This document shows positions 57,708-64,000 of a DNA stretch of 64,000 nt, one piece after another. Below the pieces are notes generated by a model, which searched no databases, was not told the origin of the DNA, and was given only the letters and a program-made list of their open reading frames with translations. Each line of letters opens with the position of its first letter. Positions within the stretch are counted from its first letter, which is position 1. Both the position numbers and the translations under genes were made by a program. The stretch comes from an uncultured bacterium. Its GTDB lineage: Bacteria > Chloroflexota > UBA5177 > JANWHV01. Where the stretch lies: positions 736,001 to 800,000 of the forward strand of contig CAVSOU010000010.1 in assembly GCA_963729625.1 (NCBI GenBank), read 5' to 3'.

Positions 57708-58730
57708 ATGGATGGTCATGGCCACGACCGCGATGGCAGTGAGGGAGTCGGCGGCGAGATGAATGGATTCGGACGGAGCGATTCGATGCTGGAGCATGCC
57801 AACGCGCATTGCGCCCGTATCATCGCTGCGAAAGCCCGCAGCTTCTCGCTTGCCTCGCGCTTTCTCCCTGCCGGCAAACGGTGCGACGTGAACGCGCTCT
57901 ACGCCTTTTGCCGCACCGTCGACGACATCGCCGACGTGCCAGGAGACGGCGCATCGTTCGCTTCCATCCGGCTCCAGTTGGATGGCTGGCGAGCCTGGCT
58001 GCTCGCCGGGGCCCCATTTGAGGACGAACCGGTTCGCTACGCACTCGCACACGTCATACGAAAATGTTCGCTGCCACTATCGCCGCTGCTTGAGCTGCTT
58101 GACGGCCTGTCCGACGACGTCGAGCCCCGCCAGCTTCCCGATCTTGCCGCCCTTGACCGCTTCTGTTACCGCGTCGCCGGCACGGTGGGCATCGCCATGG
58201 CCGCGCTGCTGGGCGCCCAGGACGCGGCCGCCCTGGATCCGGCGCGAGATCTCGGCATGGCGATGCAGTTGACCAACATCGTGCGCGACGTCGGTGAGGA
58301 TCTGGCGCGGGGACGCATCTATATTCCCGCGGACGCCATGGCGCGGGCCGGCTATCGGCAAGTCGATCTCGAGCAAGGCATCGTCGACGCGCGTTTCGTG
58401 ACTCTGCTTCAGCCACTCATCCAGCGTGCGCGTGACTACTACCGCATGGGTTTGGCCGGGCTCCACTACCTGCCTCGCGACTGCCGGCTGCCCATCGCGA
58501 TTGCCGCGCAGGCCTATGCTGGGATTCTCATTAAGGTCGAGCACGCAGGCTTCGACGTGCTGACGCAGCGAGTGCACACGGGACGGCGCGAGAAGCTGCT
58601 GCTCGTGACGCGGGCCGGCCTCAAGCATCTTGCCACGCGAGGGTTTGCGCGCGGGCCGAACGAATGGCATGGGTTAGACAGCGAACGCCGTGAGCCGCCA
58701 GGAGAACCGACGTGGAAGATATCCCTGTAA
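57708..58730 (+). CDS. crtB: Phytoene synthase
   Basis: SF-x2-AS, LYAFCRTVDDIAD, YRVAGTVG, QLTNIVRDVGED. Confidence 0.93.
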   Translation: MDGHGHDRDGSEGVGGEMNGFGRSDSMLEHANAHCARIIAAKARSFSLASRFLPAGKRCDVNALYAFCRTVDDIADVPGDGASFASIRLQLDGWRAWLLAGAPFEDEPVRYALAHVIRKCSLPLSPLLELLDGLSDDVEPRQLPDLAALDRFCYRVAGTVGIAMAALLGAQDAAALDPARDLGMAMQLTNIVRDVGEDLARGRIYIPADAMARAGYRQVDLEQGIVDARFVTLLQPLIQRARDYYRMGLAGLHYLPRDCRLPIAIAAQAYAGILIKVEHAGFDVLTQRVHTGRREKLLLVTRAGLKHLATRGFARGPNEWHGLDSERREPPGEPTWKISL

Positions 58731-58873
58731 TCCTTGTCAGCGGCGCCACGGGATATATCGGCGGCCGCCTCGTCCCTCGCTTGCTGGCGGACGGCCACAG
58801 CGTGCGCGTCCTCGTGCGCGACCACGATCGCTTGCAGGGCCGTGCCTGGCGCAGGCGGGTGGAGGTTGCCCAG
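58712..58873 (+). pseudogene. NAD(P)-binding SDR/epimerase N-terminal fragment
   Basis: ILVSGATGYIGGRLVPRLL...VEVAQ, then homology stops. Confidence 0.75.
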
Positions 58874-59636
58874 GTTGTCCACCTGCATCACCTTCATCCG
58901 CGCCCACCATCACCAGGCGCACAGGCCGGCTGAAGTGCTCGCGGGCCTGGAGATAGAGGTCGAGCAGCCACAGTTGCCCTTTATGCGTGCCCAGCCGTCC
59001 CACGCAAAGGATCGTGAGTGGCGCACCTGGAACGCTGCCGACGGCCGGCTGGGCGGGCACAGCGGCACCGCAGGGGATGCGGACCAGCTTGCTATGTTGC
59101 GGCCGATATGCCTCAGCGACTCCCCGCCACTCGAGCTTGCGGAGCGCCACGGCGCGTTCCACCTGGCGGCAGATGAGGGTATTCGGCCAGCGCAGCGGTG
59201 CGCGCCAGCCATCGAGATCATGGAACGACGGTGTGAACACGGTGGCAGTATCCCGGGATCGTCGCGCAAGCAGGGGCAGGTGCGCCCAGATCCAGCCATC
59301 ACCGACGAAATGGAGCACGTCAGGCTTGTATGTGTGCAGGATATGGCCGATTTCGCGTGGAGAGAAGTAGGTTACCGGGCAGGAGTAGCGGGGAAACAGC
59401 GGTGCGGGCCGGTGTGGCGCGCAGGTGAGGCGGAATACCTCCAGGCCGCCCCGCTGCACCTCGTGCGCGGCAAGTCCTTCAACGTAGCGGGGAGGGAAGG
59501 CATAGCGCGTGGTGAGCACCGCGCGCCGTTCAATACCGGGTTCTGCTCGAAGCGCCCACGCGAGGCGCTCGATCGCTCGCTCGATCCCACCGAGGTGGGC
59601 AGGCTTGTAATAGGGTGTGACAAGGAGCACGCGCAT
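58874..59636 (-). pseudogene. GT4 glycosyltransferase, C-terminally truncated
   Basis: MRVLLVT...GGIE, PDVLH, VGRL-x2-HKG; lacks the E-x7-E motif. Confidence 0.75.
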
Positions 59637-59640
59637 GGGC

Positions 59641-60363
59641 CTACGCCGCCCCTGTGTCGAGGGTGACTCGCTCACCCTCACGGTACTCGTGCGCACGGCC
59701 CCCCGTATAGACGGTCACCGGTCCAGGCCCTACCACCTCCCACTCAGGGCCGTTGCCGAGCAGCCCAACATGCTCGGGGATGCCCAACACGGCGAATGAG
59801 GGGAACACCTCGCGAGATGCCCGCTCCGCCAGGGTCGCCATCGATCCGGCGCGGCGGGGTGAGTAGTGCGGCATGACCAGCGCATTGGCGACCAAGGCGA
59901 GGGCGGCAACCCATGGGGTGTCGTCTTCATTGCGCCTGCCGGGCAGGAGCGTATGGCTGCACATCACCATCGCGCCGGCACTCGAGCCACCCACCACGCC
60001 ACCTCGCTCGCAGACGCGAAGCGCCGCGGCCCAGGCCGCTGTTCCAGCGAGCACGTCCAGCAGTACATCCGGATCGCCGCCGCCAATGTAGATCAAGGTG
60101 CCGCTCTCGATCAGACCGACGTTCTCAGGCTTCTCGGCATCGTCACGGGTCAGGATCATCGCCACCTCGCAGGGTGCGCCAAGTCGCCCGAAATAGGCTA
60201 CCGCGCCACGTCCGCTCTGATACGGATAGTGGCGGGCTACGGCGGTTGGCAGGAACACCACACGGGCATTGACGCCTCCGGCGGCGCGCAGCACCTGCCG
60301 GTCCATGGTCTCGCAACCCGGTCGAAACTCATCGCCGCCGGCAAGCACGATCTGTCCCGCCAT
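59641..60363 (-). CDS. Peptidase S51 / type 1 glutamine amidotransferase-like protein
   Basis: LAGGDEF, LPTA, GGGDP, GSSAGAM, PHY, GIPE. Confidence 0.85.
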   Translation of the reverse strand: MAGQIVLAGGDEFRPGCETMDRQVLRAAGGVNARVVFLPTAVARHYPYQSGRGAVAYFGRLGAPCEVAMILTRDDAEKPENVGLIESGTLIYIGGGDPDVLLDVLAGTAAWAAALRVCERGGVVGGSSAGAMVMCSHTLLPGRRNEDDTPWVAALALVANALVMPHYSPRRAGSMATLAERASREVFPSFAVLGIPEHVGLLGNGPEWEVVGPGPVTVYTGGRAHEYREGERVTLDTGAA

Positions 60364-60667
60364 GACCCTTCCCTTTCTAGGTTTCCTGCCAGGTTAACTC
60401 GTAGAAGGCAACGCCTTCGGGCGCCAGGCTCTTGCGGGAAGGTAAGGCTGCTTGTAGCCGATGCTGTCAGTCTTAACGCCTATACCGCGCTCGTCAATTC
60501 ACGCTGCCGCTAACACAGCGTGGAGGTTTGAAACTTGATCGACCAGGGTGTCTTGGGCAGAAACAGGTTGCACGTCAGGGTCGGATCTGCCATGCCGGCC
60601 TTGGTGTATACAAATGCAATAGTCAACAGGGCTACCGGGCGGACGTGAAGACACAGGGCGGGAGTCG

Positions 60668-61033
60668 TCAAGAAAGTGGAAGGAGTCGCAGGCGGCTGTG
60701 GCTGGGGTCAATAGTCAGTATGGCTCCGGCTTGCAGCTCCGGCTCCATTTGCTTGACGGCGGCGATAACGTGTGTGCCGATAGTGTCGGGGCTGACATCA
60801 TCGGCGCGAATCCGTATGACACTGGGCTTGTGATCGTGCGTGGCTGCCAGGATTGCGCTGAAGTCTAGATCGTGGGTCAGGACGATGTAGTCATGCTCGA
60901 TGGCAAACGCCATGATCTCGGCATCTGGCGCGTCATGCTTGCCCACTGACGCCCAATGGACTGCCGGTATTCCTTCACCGGCCAGTCGGCCGACCCAGCG
61001 CGGTGAAAGGTTCATGTCGACAAGCAGCTTCAT
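60668..61033 (-). CDS. DUF5615 PIN-like protein (putative toxin)
   Basis: MKLLVDMNLSP...D-x-EI...LTHDLDF. Confidence 0.88.
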   Translation of the reverse strand: MKLLVDMNLSPRWVGRLAGEGIPAVHWASVGKHDAPDAEIMAFAIEHDYIVLTHDLDFSAILAATHDHKPSVIRIRADDVSPDTIGTHVIAAVKQMEPELQAGAILTIDPSHSRLRLLPLS

Positions 61034-61260
61034 GCTTTGGCCAGCTGGATTTCGCGTTCTTCCGCGCGCCACGCAGCGTAGCGAAGCGCCTGCATAATGT
61101 CTTCGAGTTCAACGTATGGGTAGTCGGTCAGGATCTCCTCGATGCTATGGCCGGCACCGATTTGGCCAACAAGCATGCCGACCGTCACTCGCGTTCCCCG
61201 AATGCATGCTTTGCCCCCCATAACCTCAGGTCGTTGGGAAATGCGGTCGAATTGTGTCAT
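61030..61260 (-). CDS. DUF433 protein (putative antitoxin)
   Basis: RI-x3-PEVMGGKACIRGTRVTV...EEILTDYP; ATGA coupled to the PIN gene. Confidence 0.92.
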   Translation of the reverse strand: MTQFDRISQRPEVMGGKACIRGTRVTVGMLVGQIGAGHSIEEILTDYPYVELEDIMQALRYAAWRAEEREIQLAKA

Positions 61261-61388
61261 GTAGCCCTCCTCAGACTTTCTGTCATGATGTTACCCAGAA
61301 GGCAGGCCATGCTGGTCCGTGCGCCCGACGCGATCACCGCGCCGGTGTCCAGATCTTCGTCGATGCGCAGGAGTCGTCGAAAGCCCGG

Positions 61389-61952
61389 TCAGTCTGCGGC
61401 TCTCAGAGCGGCAAGAGCGCCGCTCCAAGCGACCACCTGGTCGAGCATGGCGCTCAGCGAAGCTAGATGGTGGTCGCCCGGCTTGAAGCGCGTGTAGTGC
61501 TCAAAGTCGGCGTGCAGCGACAGGGCGACTTGGGAGCGAACATCGGCCATTTGCAGTTCCCCGGCGATGAGGCGCAGGTGTTCCACCGCCCGCGTGCCAC
61601 CAGCGCTGCCATAGCTGACGAAGCCCACAGCCTTGTTGTTCCATTCCTTATAAAGGAAGTCGATGGCGTTCTTGAGTGCGCCCGAGGTCGAATGGTTGTA
61701 CTCCGGTGTGACGAACACGAAGCCGTCGAAGCTTGCGATCTTGGCTGCCCAGGCAATGGTATGCGCCTTGGAGTACTGCCCGAGCGACGGGGGCATCGGT
61801 TCGTCGAGATGCGGCAAGTGGAAGTCGAGCAGATCGATGAGTTCGTAGTCGGCGTCAGCACGCTGCGATGCGATCGTGTAGACCCACCGTGCCACGGCCT
61901 CGCCATTGCGGCCCGGGCGCGTGCTACCGATGATAATGCCGATTCTGGTCAT
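61389..61952 (-). CDS. NADPH-dependent FMN reductase family protein
   Basis: GSTRPGR, TPEYNHS, LKNAID, SYG-x2-GG-x-RA. Confidence 0.92.
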   Translation of the reverse strand: MTRIGIIIGSTRPGRNGEAVARWVYTIASQRADADYELIDLLDFHLPHLDEPMPPSLGQYSKAHTIAWAAKIASFDGFVFVTPEYNHSTSGALKNAIDFLYKEWNNKAVGFVSYGSAGGTRAVEHLRLIAGELQMADVRSQVALSLHADFEHYTRFKPGDHHLASLSAMLDQVVAWSGALAALRAAD

Positions 61953-62202
61953 TGCTGTACTCCTTTTTGTTACGGGTGTGTGCGTCTCGAAAATTCGGTG
62001 CTGTCTCAGTAGGGACGAGCGATGATGGGACTGGCGTGCTCTGTACTAGGTTGAGCAAGCAGGACGACGGGACCAGAATAACCGCAGCCCGGGGCCGGCG
62101 CGACCGCAGATCCCAGCCGGACTTGGCGTTGGGCGTGCAGGTCGTGCGCAGCTTGCCGGTGAGTCATTTCGTGCCCATGCGAGCGCTTGCCGATATCCCT
62201 GG

Positions 62203-63822
62203 TCATGCCTGCGCACCTTCCGGCCTGCGCGCCTCGAACGGCCGGGGCACGTTCGTCATGGCGGCGCCCGTCGCCAGACCGGACGTGCGGGTCGCGACCG
62301 GGGTCGCGCTTGCCCGGCCAGCCGGCGCCGTGCGACGACTATATGCGCCAGGCCAACCGGGGAGAAAACAGGCTAGGGCAGTGGCGACGATAGAGATGGC
62401 CAGCGCCGCGACGTAGGCATGCTCTAGGCCCGTGAGGTACTTCTGCTGGAATCGTCCGACTGCTGCGGCCGTGGCGCCGACCGACGGCTGACGGAGAGTG
62501 ACCGCCCCAGCGGCGATGGTGGCCAGCAGCGCTACGCCTATCGCCTGCATCGTTTGCTGGAAGGATCTGAGCAGCGGAGTCGCTCGTCTGATGCGAGTGA
62601 ACGGCACGTCGCTCAGTGCTGCAACCTGCGTGGTTTGGATCACCAGCGCTACGCCGATGCCGCGGAGTGCTGCCAAGACGGCGATGAGAGTCAGGCTCGT
62701 GGAGAGGGTGATGTGCGAGAGCTGATAGGTGTTGAAGACCAGGAGCAGGAATCCGACCAGGATCGGTAGGCGCGGCCCGACCCGGTCGGTAATCTTCCCC
62801 GCGAGAGGTGAGACAACCCCCGAGGTCAGGGCGAGGGGAAGCAGGAACAGGCCCGCTTCGAATGCCGTCCGACCGCGCAGGACCTGCAGGTACAGCGGGA
62901 GCAGGAACTCGGCGCCGAACAGGGCGACGCTACCCACCATGCCCACGACTCCGGCCACGGCAAAGCTGCGAATACCCAGGAGGCGCAAGTCGAGCAGCGG
63001 CTCGGGGGCCCGAAGCTCGGCCACGACGAGGGCGAGCAGCGCCGCCAAGCCCAGTCCCAGTCCTGCCAGCACGCGCCAGTCGCCCCAGCCCGCGCCGGGC
63101 TCCCCGGCCACCGAGGCGGCGAAGAGCAGGGCACCGAAACCAAGCGGCGCCAGCACGATGCCTGCAAGGTCGGCACGGGCCGCACGCGCCGGCTCCGCCC
63201 TCAGCAAGCGCCCGGCGATGCCGGCGCCCGCGAGGCCGATCGGCACGTTGATAAAGAATATCCAGGGCACCTGACCTTGGTCCACCAGCCAACCGCCGAG
63301 CAGCGGGCCACTCGCAGGGGCAAAGACCAGCACGATACCGAAAATGCCGAAGGCGAGGCCGCGCTGCTCCGGTGGGAAGGCCCCGAACAATAGGGCAGTG
63401 GCCAGTGGCAGCGCGATGCCGCCGCCGATTCCCTGCAATGCGCGCGCGGCGATCAGCAGGCCCAGATTCGGGGCCAGGCCGCAGAGCGCGGAGCCGAGCA
63501 CGAAGATGAGTAGACCGCCGATGTAGACCCGCTTGGCTCCAAGGCGGTCACCCAGGAATCCGGAGAGTGGGGTGGCGACTCCCAAGGCAAGCGTGTACAG
63601 ACTGATCACCCACTGGACGTCGCTGGTCGACGCCACGAACTTTTCCTGCAAGGCCCGTAGCGCCACATTGACCACCGTCGCGTCGAGGATCACCATGAAC
63701 AGACCCACCACGACCGAGGCCAAGACCTGCCATTTGTAACGATCGGCGCCGACCCCGCCTTCCCTGACGGCGGTCTTCCACGAACCTGGCGTGACCGGGC
63801 GCTCGCCGTGCGAGCTATCCAC
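62203..63822 (-). CDS. DHA2-family MFS efflux transporter
   Basis: LDATVVNVAL, G-x-L-x-DRLG-x-KR, RALQGIGGG, WIFFINVPIG; 14-TM pattern. Confidence 0.92.
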   Translation of the reverse strand: MDSSHGERPVTPGSWKTAVREGGVGADRYKWQVLASVVVGLFMVILDATVVNVALRALQEKFVASTSDVQWVISLYTLALGVATPLSGFLGDRLGAKRVYIGGLLIFVLGSALCGLAPNLGLLIAARALQGIGGGIALPLATALLFGAFPPEQRGLAFGIFGIVLVFAPASGPLLGGWLVDQGQVPWIFFINVPIGLAGAGIAGRLLRAEPARAARADLAGIVLAPLGFGALLFAASVAGEPGAGWGDWRVLAGLGLGLAALLALVVAELRAPEPLLDLRLLGIRSFAVAGVVGMVGSVALFGAEFLLPLYLQVLRGRTAFEAGLFLLPLALTSGVVSPLAGKITDRVGPRLPILVGFLLLVFNTYQLSHITLSTSLTLIAVLAALRGIGVALVIQTTQVAALSDVPFTRIRRATPLLRSFQQTMQAIGVALLATIAAGAVTLRQPSVGATAAAVGRFQQKYLTGLEHAYVAALAISIVATALACFLPGWPGAYSRRTAPAGRASATPVATRTSGLATGAAMTNVPRPFEARRPEGAQA

Positions 63823-64000
63823 TATTCCCCTCCAGCCCTCTGTTCCTGTGCCAAACCATGGACCTCGTGTTCCCGCGATACGGACTTCATCGCCGTAGCA
63901 ACGTGCCCTGACGTCGCTGCCGCTGCGTCCCGACGTAGAGTGCAGCCCTGCTAGACGTCTTCACCGAAGATGGAGCGTAGCGGCGGTGCCTGGTCCGCAC

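Noticed and set aside
1-64000. CRISPR array, tRNA/rRNA, integrase
   Set aside because: No regularly spaced repeats, cloverleaf or rRNA signatures, or recombinase motifs recognised by eye; a covariance-model scan was not possible

Overview
High-GC (roughly 65% by eye) bacterial accessory region, probably from a Chloroflexota or similar soil lineage (inference from the gene families). It is a mosaic of stress modules. (i) 0-6.2 kb: IS-type HTH fragment, Rv1681-like radical SAM, and a sulfocyanin-fusion / two glycosyltransferases / cytochrome c block. (ii) 6.4-28.9 kb: a reactive-sulfur island (three rhodaneses, two DUF2892, DUF302, BrxC, thioredoxin, TauE, PIG-L deacetylase, SAM methyltransferase, CoADR-rhodanese, MBL hydrolase, DUF134/NifX, DUF929, SQR plus an unannotated 53-aa ORF). 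It is tied together by six copies of an ATACC-N7-GGTAT operator and a His-less CsoR/CstR-type repressor, and interrupted by a TetR-MMPL block. (iii) 29.4-41.9 kb: arsenic island (three ArsC domains, three ArsR domains, pstS, CoADR-like reductase, arsP, arsD-AhpD fusion, arsA, acr3) with recurring TCAA-N6-TTGA boxes. (iv) 42.6-58.9 kb: NiCoT, peptidase S51-CysS-tail fusion, MMPL and a B12-photoreceptor (CarH) carotenoid/photolyase cluster. (v) 58.9-64 kb: truncated GT4, S51, DUF433/PIN toxin-antitoxin pair, FMN reductase and MFS. Many genes are decayed (in-frame internal deletions, short paralog scars, single-base frameshifts, some possibly sequencing errors). No rRNA, tRNA or CRISPR array was recognised. 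All family assignments are from motif recognition, not database searches.
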